Shown: positions 1 to 9,632 of the stretch, in pieces | How the letters are laid out: every line of letters starts with the position of its first letter | How positions within the stretch are numbered: the first letter of the stretch is position 1 | Assembly (NCBI GenBank): GCA_947652375.1 | Contig: CANTCS010000004.1 | Span: forward strand, 542-64,541 | DNA: 64,000 nucleotides | Source of the DNA: an uncultured Mollicutes bacterium | Lineage (GTDB): Bacteria > Bacillota_I > Bacilli_A > RF39 > UBA660 | Direction of reading: 5' to 3' | Position numbers and translations under genes: made by a program | The notes under the pieces: generated by a model | What the model saw: the letters and a program-made list of their open reading frames with translations, nothing else | Databases searched by the model: none | What the model was told of the DNA's origin: nothing

Positions 1-258
1 TTTTCAAAAAAATCTCGAACTAATATTACAAAAATAGGATTAGAAAGATTTAAAGAAGTAGTAAAAAGACTTTCAAAAAAAGATTCTTCTATTAAAGAAA
101 ATATTATAGATTGGTTTTCATATTTATATAAAAATGATAAAGAAATTAATTCTTTAATTTATCCATTAGAAAAAGCTTGTTATTTTACTGCATTTAAGTA
201 TGGTAAAGCACAACTTAAATCTGCTTTACTAAAATATTATAAATATGGATATGCTTAA
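1..258 (+). CDS. 3' end of an unidentified ORF entering from the left edge (partial)
   Basis: Frame 1 is open from nt 1 to TAA 256-258 (...LKYYKYGYA*). No recognisable motif. Broken frames at 300-440 downstream suggest decay. Confidence 0.3.
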   Translation, partial: FSKKSRTNITKIGLERFKEVVKRLSKKDSSIKENIIDWFSYLYKNDKEINSLIYPLEKACYFTAFKYGKAQLKSALLKYYKYGYA

Positions 259-518
259 AGTTTTACAAGAGAAGATAATTCAAGAAATTTATTAAAAGAA
301 AAGATTGAAGCAGAGGAATTATCATTATATATGGAAATTTATCTAAATTCTTATAAAGACGAAAGTGAAATTTATAAATATCGAAAGTTAAGCTTCTTAA
401 ACTTTGATAAATTACTTCAAATTTTTGTAGATAAATTTTAAGAAGAAATGAATAATTATAGTAAAGAAGAAAATAATAAGAAATATTATAAATAATTAAA
501 AAAAATTAATATATAAAT

Positions 519-542
519 CTCTAGTAATCTAGAGGTTTTTTT
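519..542 (+). terminator. Rho-independent terminator
   Basis: CTCTAG-taat-CTAGAG stem followed by G plus a T7 run. Confidence 0.6.
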
Positions 543-604
543 AAAAGAAAGTAGAATGTAATATTTATTTATGATATAATCACTCTAGAAATGGAGGTAA
601 AAAC

Positions 605-2398
605 ATGAAACAGGAAAATAATAGAAACTTTTGTATTATTGCTCATATAGATCATGGTAAGAGTACTTTAGCAGATCGTATTTTAGAATTAACTGGAGCA
701 ATTGATAAAAGAGAATTAAAAACACAAATGTTAGACTCCATGGATTTAGAACGAGAAAGAGGAATTACTATTAAATTGAATGCTGTACAATTAGCATATA
801 AAAAAGATAGTGAAGAGTATCAACTAAATTTAATTGATACTCCTGGTCATGTTGATTTTTCTTATGAAGTGAGTAGAAGTTTGGCTGCTTGTGAAGGGGC
901 TATTTTAGTAGTGGATGCAGCGCAAGGAGTTGAAGCTCAAACTTTAGCAAATCTTTATCTTGCTCTTGATAATAATCTAACAGTAATACCTGTAATTAAT
1001 AAAATAGATTTACCTAGTGCAGATCCTGAAAAAGTAATATCTGAACTTGAGGTAATTGGTTTTTCTAGAGATGAAATAGTTTTAACTAGTGCAAAAACAG
1101 GTGTTGGAGTAGATGAATTATTGGATAAAGTAATTGAAGTAATTCCAAGTCCTAAGGGAGATAAAAAAGCTCCTTTAAAAGCTTTAATTTTTGATAGTTT
1201 ATTTGATTCATATCGTGGTGTAATAACAAGTATTAGGGTTGTTGATGGTGAAGTTAAGGTCGGAGATCTTATTAAAATGATGGAAACAGGAGCAGTTTAT
1301 GATGTTGTTGGGATTTCTATTAATAATCCAAAAGAAGCAAGTGTTAAGAGTTTAAAAGCTGGAGAAGTAGGTTATTTGTATGCTTCTATTAAAAGTATAG
1401 AAGATGTTCATGTTGGAGATACAATTACGTTAGATAATAATCCTACTAAAGAAAGATTATATGGATATAAACCAATGAAACCTACTGTATATTGTGGACT
1501 TTATCCAATTGAATCGAATAAATTCGAGGATTTAAGAGAAGCTTTAAATAAATTAAAACTTAATGATGCTGCATTATCTTTTGAACCAGAAACTTCTAAA
1601 GCTCTTGGGTTTGGATTTAGATGTGGATTTTTAGGTTTACTTCATATGGAGATTATTGAAGAGCGAATTGAAAGAGAGTTTGGTATTGACTTAATTGCTA
1701 CTTCTCCATCAGTTGTTTATGAAGTAGAACTTACTGATAAAAGTTTGGTTATGGTTGATAGTCCAACAAAGATGCCAAAAAGAGAATTGATTTCAAAAAC
1801 AAAAGAACCTTTTGTAAAAGCTAGTATTTTTACACCAAGTGAATATATTGGTTCAATAATGGAACTTTGTCAGGATAAACGTGGAACATTTATTAATATG
1901 GATTATTTAGATGATAAAAGAGTTACAGTTTTTTATGAAATACCTCTATCAGAAATAGTTTATGATTTTTTTGATAAATTAAAATCTTTTACAAAAGGGT
2001 ATGCATCTTTTGATTATGAAGTTATTGGTTATAAGGAAAGTAATTTAGTTAAGATGGATATTTTATTAAATGGGGAAATAGTTGATGCTTTAAGTGTAAT
2101 TGTTCATAAAGATTTTGCTTATAATAGAGGAAAAGTTGTAGTTGAAAAATTAAAAGAAATTATACCTCGTCAAATGTTTGAAGTACCAATTCAAGCTGCT
2201 ATTGGACAACATATAATTGCTAGAACTGATATTAAAGCAATGAGAAAAAATGTTCTTGCAAAATGTTATGGTGGAGATGTTACACGTAAAAAGAAATTGT
2301 TAGAAAAACAAAAAGAAGGAAAGAAAAGAATGAAACAGATCGGTAGTGTTGAAGTACCACAAGAGGCATTCTTATCAATTTTATCAACGAAAGAATAA
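605..2398 (+). CDS. lepA: Elongation factor 4 (LepA)
   Basis: GTPase motifs AHIDHGKST and DTPGHVDF. Full-length LepA-like 597 aa with the characteristic C-terminal domain. GGAGG RBS upstream. Confidence 0.97.
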   Translation: MKQENNRNFCIIAHIDHGKSTLADRILELTGAIDKRELKTQMLDSMDLERERGITIKLNAVQLAYKKDSEEYQLNLIDTPGHVDFSYEVSRSLAACEGAILVVDAAQGVEAQTLANLYLALDNNLTVIPVINKIDLPSADPEKVISELEVIGFSRDEIVLTSAKTGVGVDELLDKVIEVIPSPKGDKKAPLKALIFDSLFDSYRGVITSIRVVDGEVKVGDLIKMMETGAVYDVVGISINNPKEASVKSLKAGEVGYLYASIKSIEDVHVGDTITLDNNPTKERLYGYKPMKPTVYCGLYPIESNKFEDLREALNKLKLNDAALSFEPETSKALGFGFRCGFLGLLHMEIIEERIEREFGIDLIATSPSVVYEVELTDKSLVMVDSPTKMPKRELISKTKEPFVKASIFTPSEYIGSIMELCQDKRGTFINMDYLDDKRVTVFYEIPLSEIVYDFFDKLKSFTKGYASFDYEVIGYKESNLVKMDILLNGEIVDALSVIVHKDFAYNRGKVVVEKLKEIIPRQMFEVPIQAAIGQHIIARTDIKAMRKNVLAKCYGGDVTRKKKLLEKQKEGKKRMKQIGSVEVPQEAFLSILSTKE

Positions 2399-2416
2399 TA
2401 TTAAAGTGGTGAGTTT

Positions 2417-2977
2417 ATGATTAGTGAAGATAAATTAATGATGCGTCTTTTAAGAGATTTTCTTATATGTAAAATATATGTTCAAAAAGGGATTAGTACT
2501 AAAAATATTAGTAGTAAAACAGATATTCCTGTAGCAATAGTAAAAAGAGCTTTAAATGTAGTAACAGATAGAAAAGAAGATTTAATAAGATTATTACCAC
2601 AAGCTTTTAAAAAAGTTAAAGATGATAATTTAATTAAGGAAGAACAAACTGTTACAGAAGAATTACTTAGTCGTTTAGAGATTGCTTTAGAATTAGAAAA
2701 ACAATCTCTTATAGTTAATAATAAATATGTTCATAATAGTATAGCATATGCTGATGAAGATATTATTCTTGTTAAAAATATACATCATAAATATTGTGAA
2801 AATAAAAGAGATTTAGTATTGACAATTAATCAAGTAAAGCAATTAAGAGATGCTGATTTAAGTTATGGTCAAATTGCTTTAAAGTTAGGAATTTCAAAAT
2901 CTCTTGCACATAAGTATTATAATTTAAGCGATGAAGAAGTTTTATCGTTAGGAGAAAAAAGTGCTAAAAAAAGATAA
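2417..2977 (+). CDS. Hypothetical protein with two HTH-like segments
   Basis: 186 aa ORF between lepA and hemW. HTH-like stretches ISSKTDIPVAIVKRAL and LSYGQIALKLGISKSLAHKYY. Family not recognised. Confidence 0.6.
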   Translation: MISEDKLMMRLLRDFLICKIYVQKGISTKNISSKTDIPVAIVKRALNVVTDRKEDLIRLLPQAFKKVKDDNLIKEEQTVTEELLSRLEIALELEKQSLIVNNKYVHNSIAYADEDIILVKNIHHKYCENKRDLVLTINQVKQLRDADLSYGQIALKLGISKSLAHKYYNLSDEEVLSLGEKSAKKR

Positions 2978-4079
2978 AGTGAGGTCAGCTTATATCCATA
3001 TCCCTTTTTGCAATAATATTTGTTCTTATTGTGATTTCTGCAAATTACTTTATAACAAGAAAATAGTGTCTAATTATTTAGAAGAACTTGCGAAGGAAAT
3101 AAGTTTAATTTATCAAGGTGAAGAATTAAAAACTATTTATATCGGTGGAGGAACTCCTAGTGCTTTGTCAGTAGAAGAATTAGAAACACTTTTTAAGATT
3201 TTAACTAGACTAAACAGAAGTAAAGAATTAGAGTATACTATCGAAGGTAATTTTGAAAGTACTACTAAAGAGAAATTATTACTTTACAAAAAATATGGTA
3301 TAAACCGTCTTAGTTTTGGACTTGAATCAATTAGTAATAAAAATCTTCAGTTTTTAGAAAGAACAGTTATTAAACAACAAGTAGAGGAAGTTATCAAGAA
3401 AGCTAGAGAATTAGGTTTTAATAATATTAATATTGATTTAATGTATGCTCTTCCTACAGAGACAGAAAATGACTTAAATATAGATCTAGATTATATTTTA
3501 TTTCTTAATGTCGAGCATATTTCAACTTATTCTTTAATTATTGAACCTCATACAAAATTAAGTATAAAATCAGTAAAAAATATTGATGAAGATTTGGATT
3601 TTAAAATGTATAATTTAATTTGTGAAAAACTTAAACTGAATAATTATTTTCATTATGAAATTAGTAATTTTTCTAAGAATGGTTTTCAGTCAAAACATAA
3701 TTTATGTTATTGGAATAATCAAGAATATTATGGTTTTGGTTTAGGTGCTAGTAGCTATTTAAATAATTGTCGAATTAATAATACAAAATCAATTAATAAA
3801 TATTTAGAGGGTAATTTTTTTCTGAATAAAGATTTTTTGTCTGAGGAAGATAAAATAGAATATGAAATTATGTTAAATCTAAGAAAAAATGAAGGAATTA
3901 ATTTAGAAAAATTTCGTGAAAAATTTGGTAGAGAATTAAATAGTATTTATAATTATTATAGTTTATTAAAAGATGGTTTTTTAATAGAGAAAGATAATTA
4001 TCTTTTCATTCCTGAAGAAAAATGGTATATTAGTAATGAGATAATTATTAGAATTATAGAAGGTGAAGTAGATGGATAG
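2961..4079 (+). CDS. hemW: Radical SAM heme chaperone HemW (HemN-like, oxygen-independent coproporphyrinogen oxidase family)
   Basis: IHIPFCNNICSYCDF CxxxCxxC motif. Conserved lepA-hemN/W synteny of Firmicutes. Confidence 0.9.
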   Translation: MLKKDKVRSAYIHIPFCNNICSYCDFCKLLYNKKIVSNYLEELAKEISLIYQGEELKTIYIGGGTPSALSVEELETLFKILTRLNRSKELEYTIEGNFESTTKEKLLLYKKYGINRLSFGLESISNKNLQFLERTVIKQQVEEVIKKARELGFNNINIDLMYALPTETENDLNIDLDYILFLNVEHISTYSLIIEPHTKLSIKSVKNIDEDLDFKMYNLICEKLKLNNYFHYEISNFSKNGFQSKHNLCYWNNQEYYGFGLGASSYLNNCRINNTKSINKYLEGNFFLNKDFLSEEDKIEYEIMLNLRKNEGINLEKFREKFGRELNSIYNYYSLLKDGFLIEKDNYLFIPEEKWYISNEIIIRIIEGEVDG

Positions 4080-4653
4080 AGAAAAATTAATAGAATGTGA
4101 ACTTGGTTATTTGAAGATAGATAAAGTAAAAAATGCTTGTTTAGAAGTTATTAAATTATTGCCAGATTATTTTTTTGTAGTACCAGCATCATCAACTGGA
4201 AAATATCATCCTGATTATGCTTTAGGAGATGGTGGACTTTTAAGACATTCTAAGGCTGCTATTCGTATTGGGTATGAATTACTTAGTGATCCAGCTATTG
4301 GTGATAAATATACAGAATTAGAAAAGGATTTAATGTTGATGGCTTTATTAATTCATGATGGATTAAAAAGTGGTTTAGAAAAAGAAAAGTATACAAGATT
4401 TGATCATCCGCTTTTAATGGCAGATTTTTTAATGGATAATGAGGAAGTTTTAGGATTAGAGGTAGAAGAAATTGAATTTTTAGGAGATGTTATAAAAACA
4501 CATATGGGTCCTTGGACAAAAGATTATAGTGGAAATGATGTTTTAGAAAAACCAAAAACAAAATATCAAAATTTTGTACATATGTGTGACTTTTTAGCAA
4601 GTAGAAAGTGTATTTTAGTTCCATTTGATGATAAAAACAATATAAGTGTTTAA
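4072..4653 (+). CDS. HD-domain phosphohydrolase
   Basis: H...HD signature (LLIHDGLKSG) with further His/Asp residues. Start overlaps the hemW stop. Confidence 0.7.
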   Translation: MDREKLIECELGYLKIDKVKNACLEVIKLLPDYFFVVPASSTGKYHPDYALGDGGLLRHSKAAIRIGYELLSDPAIGDKYTELEKDLMLMALLIHDGLKSGLEKEKYTRFDHPLLMADFLMDNEEVLGLEVEEIEFLGDVIKTHMGPWTKDYSGNDVLEKPKTKYQNFVHMCDFLASRKCILVPFDDKNNISV

Positions 4654-4738
4654 TTTGACACTTTTTTTATTTTTGCTTGTTTTATTATGATGTATTTGGT
4701 AATATAAAGGAAGGATAAGTTTTATAGGAGGGATAAAT

Positions 4739-5407
4739 GTGGCAGGAAAAATTATTGTAGTTGAGGGGACTGATTGCTCTGGAAAAGAGACACAAACTAA
4801 ATTACTTGTAAAAAAACTTCAGGAAAAAGGTAAGAAATGTATTCGATTTGATTTTCCTAATTATAAATCTCCTACAGGTAAAATAGTAGGTGAAGCATAT
4901 TTAGGGAAACCTGAAATTAGTGAAAGTTTTTTTAAAGAAGGAGCAGTTAATGTTGATCCGTATGTAGTTTCTCTTTATTATGCTGCTGATAGAAAGTATA
5001 ATTTACCAGAAATAGAGAAATATTTAGATGAAGATTATTATGTGATTTTAGATAGATATACTACATCGAATCTTGCACATCAAGGAAGTAAAATTCATGA
5101 AAAAGAAGAACGTTTTAATATGTACCAATGGATAGATAAATTAGAATTTTGGTTATTAAAATTACCTAAACCTGATAAAACAATTTTTCTTCATGTTCCA
5201 TATGAATATACTTTAGAACTTAGAAAAAACAGAACAGATATTGAACATGAAAAGTCCGTTGATCATTTAAAACATGCAGAAGAAGCTTACTTAGAACTTT
5301 CAGAGTTATATAATTGGAATAAAATAGAATGTATAAAAGATGGAGAACTTAGAAGTATTGAAGATATTAATGAAGAAATATTTAAAATTATTGACGATAT
5401 AGATTGA
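4739..5407 (+). CDS. tmk: Thymidylate kinase-like (dTMP kinase family)
   Basis: P-loop VEGTDCSGKETQ and LDRY motif. GTG start 7 nt after AGGAGGG. Confidence 0.8.
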   Translation: MAGKIIVVEGTDCSGKETQTKLLVKKLQEKGKKCIRFDFPNYKSPTGKIVGEAYLGKPEISESFFKEGAVNVDPYVVSLYYAADRKYNLPEIEKYLDEDYYVILDRYTTSNLAHQGSKIHEKEERFNMYQWIDKLEFWLLKLPKPDKTIFLHVPYEYTLELRKNRTDIEHEKSVDHLKHAEEAYLELSELYNWNKIECIKDGELRSIEDINEEIFKIIDDID

Positions 5408-5428
5408 CTTAACATTAAGTCTTTTTTA
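5405..5428 (+). terminator. Rho-independent terminator after tmk
   Basis: GACTTAA-cat-TTAAGTC stem followed by a T6 run. Confidence 0.7.
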
Positions 5429-5769
5429 TTATCAAAATAACTTTCATTTAACAGCTAACGAAGTAAAAAAATACATGACAAGTAGCTGAGATAGAATGAA
5501 ACTTATACTTAAAATGCATAAAAAAAAGTCAAAGTAAGTTTAAAAAATGTTCATTTAAATAAAGATTAAAATTTAGAGATTAAAAGATTATAACCTCACA
5601 AAGATAAAAATGTTCTTTTGCTAATTATTGGTGGTGCATTTATGACAAATAAAGTTTTTATTTAGCACTGTGGTGATTAAAATCGGTATTTAAGAATATT
5701 CTATTTTATACTTATACTACATATAAGATGTATTATTGTAATATAAAAGTGAAAAAAATTAATAAATCA

Positions 5770-5828
5770 AAATGCAACTACCAACTAGTTGTATTTTTAT
5801 ATCCCCCTCCCTATACATAATCGAAGAA
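5770..5828 (+). repeat. Remnant of an adhesin-family gene 3' end plus its downstream sequence (left direct repeat)
   Basis: 59 nt, near-identical to 7773-7832 (AAATGCAACTACCAACTAGTTGTATTTTT..ATCCCCCTCCCTATACATAATCGAAGAA). Degenerate similarity to the adhesin 3' coding end extends about 40 nt further upstream. Confidence 0.85.
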
Positions 5829-6046
5829 AAAATATTTTATAAGTTATTCAATGTTTCATGGTGCATACCCATATCCTGTTGACTTAAAATATATATAATT
5901 CAAACACGATTTAGCACAAAAATTAATACAATATTATTGAACTGTACCAAATGATAATCTATATAATTTGATAAAAATTACACTGGGATACTTTTTCAGA
6001 TAAGTATTCTTATTATGTTAAAACTAATGATATATTAGTGAATCTG

Positions 6047-6055
6047 TGGTATAAT
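6047..6055 (+). promoter_or_regulatory. Extended -10 promoter element for the vbhA-fic operon
   Basis: TGgTATAAT about 25-35 nt upstream of the antitoxin start. Confidence 0.5.
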
Positions 6056-6079
6056 ATATATATAAACTTGAGAAAGTGA

Positions 6080-6280
6080 GTGAATTTAATGAATAATAAA
6101 AAGCAAACTGAAAAAAAAATACAAGAAAAAATAAAAAAAGTTGATGGTGCTATGGCTCAAGAGGGAATGCCATTAACTAAAGAAATAAAACAAAAACTTT
6201 ATAATTGTATAACTGGGAAGTCAACAACTGAAATAGAACGAAATAAAGTATTAGAAAAATATAGGAGAATCTATGGATAA
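6080..6280 (+). CDS. VbhA-like Fic antitoxin (small inhibitory partner)
   Basis: 66 aa ORF overlapping the Fic start by 8 nt. AMAQEG resembles the (S/T)xxxE(G/N) inhibitory motif. The true start may be ATG 6089. Confidence 0.7.
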   Translation: MNLMNNKKQTEKKIQEKIKKVDGAMAQEGMPLTKEIKQKLYNCITGKSTTEIERNKVLEKYRRIYG

Positions 6281-6944
6281 TAAATACAAATATACTTTTG
6301 AAAAAACTGCTGATTACTGTTATAAAGATACTGATGTTTTAATAAATAAACTTAATATAACAAATGATGAAGATTTATTTAATGCCGAAAGAGAACTTGT
6401 ATCTTTAAGAACTTATGAACTAAATGAAAATCCATTAAAAGGGAATTTTGATTTTAAGTATTTAAAAGTTATTCATAAATATTTGTTTCAAGATGTTTAT
6501 AGATGGGCAGGAGATATAAGAAATTGTAATATTGCTAAACAAGATTTATTTTGCTTATCAGAACATATAGAATCATTTGGTACTGATGTATTTAATAAAG
6601 TAAAAAAAGAAAAATACTTTGTAGATTATGATAATGAAACAACATTAGATAAATTAGTGGAATTATTTGCAGATATTAATGCTTTGCACCCTTTTCGTGA
6701 GGGCAATGGCAGAAGTCAAAGAGTATTTATAGAATCACTTGCCAAAATAAATGGAATAAACTTAGATCTTACAAATGTATCTAAAATGGATATGATTGTT
6801 GCTAGTCATGAAAGTATTAATGGCGATTATAAAAAATTAAAGGATATGTTTAAAAATAATAGTCATAATTTAAGTGAAGATGAACAATCAGAATATATAA
6901 ATATTTATTGCTCTGATGAACTAAAACACTTAATAAAATATTAG
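6273..6944 (+). CDS. Fic/DOC family protein (AMP-transferase toxin type)
   Basis: Canonical Fic motif HPFREGNGRSQR, matching HxFx(D/E)GNGRxxR. Confidence 0.92.
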   Translation: MDNKYKYTFEKTADYCYKDTDVLINKLNITNDEDLFNAERELVSLRTYELNENPLKGNFDFKYLKVIHKYLFQDVYRWAGDIRNCNIAKQDLFCLSEHIESFGTDVFNKVKKEKYFVDYDNETTLDKLVELFADINALHPFREGNGRSQRVFIESLAKINGINLDLTNVSKMDMIVASHESINGDYKKLKDMFKNNSHNLSEDEQSEYINIYCSDELKHLIKY

Positions 6945-6949
6945 GAGAA

Positions 6950-7330
6950 TTGGAAATGAAATTAAAAGTGCTAGAAGATAATAATACCTTTATTGATGAA
7001 TATTATTTGGGAGAACCCGGAGTCTCTTATTATATCGAAGATGGTGTTGAAAAAATATTATTTGATACAGGATATTCTTCTGTTATATTAGAAGAAAATG
7101 CAAGTAAAATGAACATTGACTTAAACAAGATAAATAAGCTAGTAATGTCCCATGATCATGATGAACATACTGGAGGTTAAAATATTTTTTTTAGAAGAAA
7201 AGAAACATTGAATTAATTGCCCATCCAGATTGCTTTAACTATAAAGAAGATGGAACTGGCTTATATATTGGAAGTCCACTTAGTAAAGAGGAACTAAACA
7301 GATTAGCGAAGTGTAGATATACCTACTCAT
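6950..7330 (+). pseudogene. Decayed metallo-beta-lactamase-fold gene
   Basis: The N-terminal 76 aa carry LFDTGYS and SHDHDEHTGG (HxHxDH) and then hit a stop. A continuation (ELIAHPDCFNYKEDGTGLYIGSPLSKEEL) lies in another frame. The gene is cut off by the adhesin cassette. Confidence 0.75.
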
Positions 7331-7339
7331 GATTATAAG

Positions 7340-7801
7340 TTGTTTGAAGTTCATGAAAGTGATTTTTCAGGAAGTGATTCTTCTAATATAATTATCTATG
7401 CCTTACAAATAACAGGAACAAATGGAGCGGAATTTAAAATTACAGATAGCTCAGGAGTATCTAAGGGAACAATAACAATTGGAAGTGATGGAATTGGTGA
7501 ATTAAAAGGCTTAAAATCTGGAACTTATACAGTAACTCAAACAAAAGCCCCAGCTGGTTATGCATTAATAAGTGGTTCTCAAACAGTAAAAGTAGGAACT
7601 GGAGGAACACCAGTTTCAGGGAAAGATGGGTACTATAACATTACAATGAGAAATTCCATTTTAGCGATATTACCTTTTACAGGAAGTATGGGAACACTAA
7701 TCTTTACAATTATTGGAACTTTACTTATAATAAGTTCAATTGAATTAATAATAAGATATAAGAAAAAAAATAAAGAAAATAGAAATGCAACTACCAACTA
7801 G
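7340..7801 (+). pseudogene. Promoterless 3' cassette of the LPxTG adhesin family (C-terminal domain, sorting signal and anchor only)
   Basis: 7397-7610 matches 19704-19917 at 212 of 214 nt. Encodes YALQITGTNGAEFKITD...LPFTGS plus TM plus a KKK tail. Lacks the signal peptide and N-terminal 380 aa, with no promoter module. Confidence 0.85.
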
Positions 7802-7832
7802 TTGTATTTTTTTTATCCCCCTCCCTATACAT
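7773..7832 (+). repeat. Right direct repeat (adhesin 3' end plus downstream sequence)
   Basis: Near-identical to 5770-5828. Confidence 0.85.
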
Positions 7833-7862
7833 AATCGAAGAATAAAAATTTAATTTTTTTAC

Positions 7863-7893
7863 TTGACAAATAGTTGGGGGGGGGGGGTATTAT
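7863..7893 (+). promoter_or_regulatory. Sigma-A type promoter of adhesin A with a poly-G spacer
   Basis: TTGACA 7863-7868, 19-bp spacer (AATAGTT plus G12), TATTAT 7888-7893. The module is conserved at 18450-18477. Confidence 0.7.
7876..7887 (+). repeat. G12 homopolymer tract
   Basis: Counted directly from the sequence: 12 consecutive G in a very AT-rich context. Confidence 0.95.
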
Positions 7894-7925
7894 TGAAATA
7901 GATAAGATAAGGAGTGAGAAGAAAA

Positions 7926-9515
7926 ATGGATAAAAAAATAAAGTTATTTGGCTTATTATTTATGTTTATTACTATTTTCTTAACTGGCAATATAAATGTA
8001 AAAGCTGTTGATATTACAACTAATACTACAAGTTTATCAACAGATTCATCATATAAACAGGTAACTAATAAAGGGTCATTTAAAATTTATACTAATCAAA
8101 GTAGCAATGATAGAACTTATTTTGCTTTATACAAAATAGTTAATGTTTATTATAATTCTAGTCAAGATGCTTTAAAGTACCAATTTACAACTGAGTTCCA
8201 ATCATATTTAAACAGTAGTTATTGTCCTAATAAATTTAGGAACTTAACTGTCGAAACATATATGACTTTATATAATGGTGGAGCGATTCGAGATACTATT
8301 AAAGGTACAGGGGAAGTTGTAAGTGGAGGGAATCTAACAACAAATGATTATGCTGAATTAATGAGTAGTTATGCAACTTATGTAAGAGAAGAGTCTATTT
8401 CTTCTAATACAACCATTACAAATTATTATACTTATATATATTCTTATGCTTATACAAATAATGTAGAAGTAGGAACATATTTAGCTTTACCTTATGGAAG
8501 ACAAGGCAATGATAGTTCTCCTTCTGTATTTGCAGTCATGGTTGATAGTGTAAGATTAGAAAAAAATGGTTCTACTTGGGAATTAAAAGACGCTAAAATT
8601 TTATCAAAATCGAGTTATTCATATTTAACTCATTCTATAGCTAAATCATCATCAGGTGGATATAGTTATTCACAAGATGTTACCTATGAAACTGAACTTG
8701 AGGGTAAAATTTCATTTAAAGTTCCAACGTCTCCTGCTAATGGAAAATTTTCTACAATAACTATCAAAATAGATAAAGTTCGTGAAACTCAAAGTGGAAT
8801 TATAAGATTTATTACCTCAGGATTGACAGGGTATATTACAATGCAGAGTGGAGGAGAGATTCAATATAATGGCACAAAAGTTGGCATGGCCAAAGTCAAT
8901 GCCACTACCAAGGAGCTTGAAATCGATTTTGATGGTGAATTACTCCCAAATGAAGTAGAATTTGTATATTATGCTGAGCCATTAACTTCAACTAATAGTG
9001 TAATGGGAGCTAATACTAGAAATGCATCAATAACATTTGACGATCCTTATACTTCATTTGATGTAGGCTATAAAACATCGGGTAGTAAAATTGTAACATT
9101 ATATACATATGCCTTACAAATAACAGGAATAAACGGGGCGGAATTTAAAGTTACAGATAGTTCAGGAATCTCTAAGGGAACAGTAACAATTGGAAGTAAT
9201 GGTATCGGTGAACTAAAAGGATTAGCAAGCGGAACCTATACAGTAACTCAAACAAAAGCCCCAGTTGGTTATGCATTGTTAAGTGGATCTCAAACAGTAA
9301 AAGTAGGAACTGGAGGAACACAAGTCTCAGGGAAAACAGGTTATTATAATATTACAATGAGAAATTCCATTTTAGCGATGTTACCATTTACAGGAAGTAA
9401 AGGAACAATTATATTTTCAATTATAGGAAGTTTACTAATTATAGCTTCAATAATATTTTTAATAAGATATAAAAAGAAGAAAAATAAAGTAAATCAAAAT
9501 GCAACTACTAACTAG
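7926..9515 (+). CDS. LPxTG-anchored surface protein, adhesin/pilin-like, paralogue A
   Basis: Signal peptide. C-terminal Cna-B/SpaA-like domain (YALQITG..GTYTVTQTKAPVGYAL). LPFTGS sortase motif, TM segment and KKKK tail. AAGGAG lies 12 nt before ATG 7926 (the ORF track starts at GTG 7914). Confidence 0.85.
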   Translation: MDKKIKLFGLLFMFITIFLTGNINVKAVDITTNTTSLSTDSSYKQVTNKGSFKIYTNQSSNDRTYFALYKIVNVYYNSSQDALKYQFTTEFQSYLNSSYCPNKFRNLTVETYMTLYNGGAIRDTIKGTGEVVSGGNLTTNDYAELMSSYATYVREESISSNTTITNYYTYIYSYAYTNNVEVGTYLALPYGRQGNDSSPSVFAVMVDSVRLEKNGSTWELKDAKILSKSSYSYLTHSIAKSSSGGYSYSQDVTYETELEGKISFKVPTSPANGKFSTITIKIDKVRETQSGIIRFITSGLTGYITMQSGGEIQYNGTKVGMAKVNATTKELEIDFDGELLPNEVEFVYYAEPLTSTNSVMGANTRNASITFDDPYTSFDVGYKTSGSKIVTLYTYALQITGINGAEFKVTDSSGISKGTVTIGSNGIGELKGLASGTYTVTQTKAPVGYALLSGSQTVKVGTGGTQVSGKTGYYNITMRNSILAMLPFTGSKGTIIFSIIGSLLIIASIIFLIRYKKKKNKVNQNATTN

Positions 9516-9632
9516 TTGTATTTTTTATATTTCACTAAAAAAAATAAATAGATATCAAGAATTTAAAAAATCTATAAATCTATCTAAACAATACCTTATC
9601 ACGATCAATTTTTTTATGTTAATAAATTATAA

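Noticed and set aside
259-510. Short broken reading frames after the left-edge partial ORF (e.g. EKIEAEELSLYMEIYLNSYKDESEIYKYRKLSFLNFDKLLQIFVDKF*)
   Set aside because: These may be remnants of a decayed gene, but there is no start or RBS and no recognisable motif, so this is too weak to annotate.
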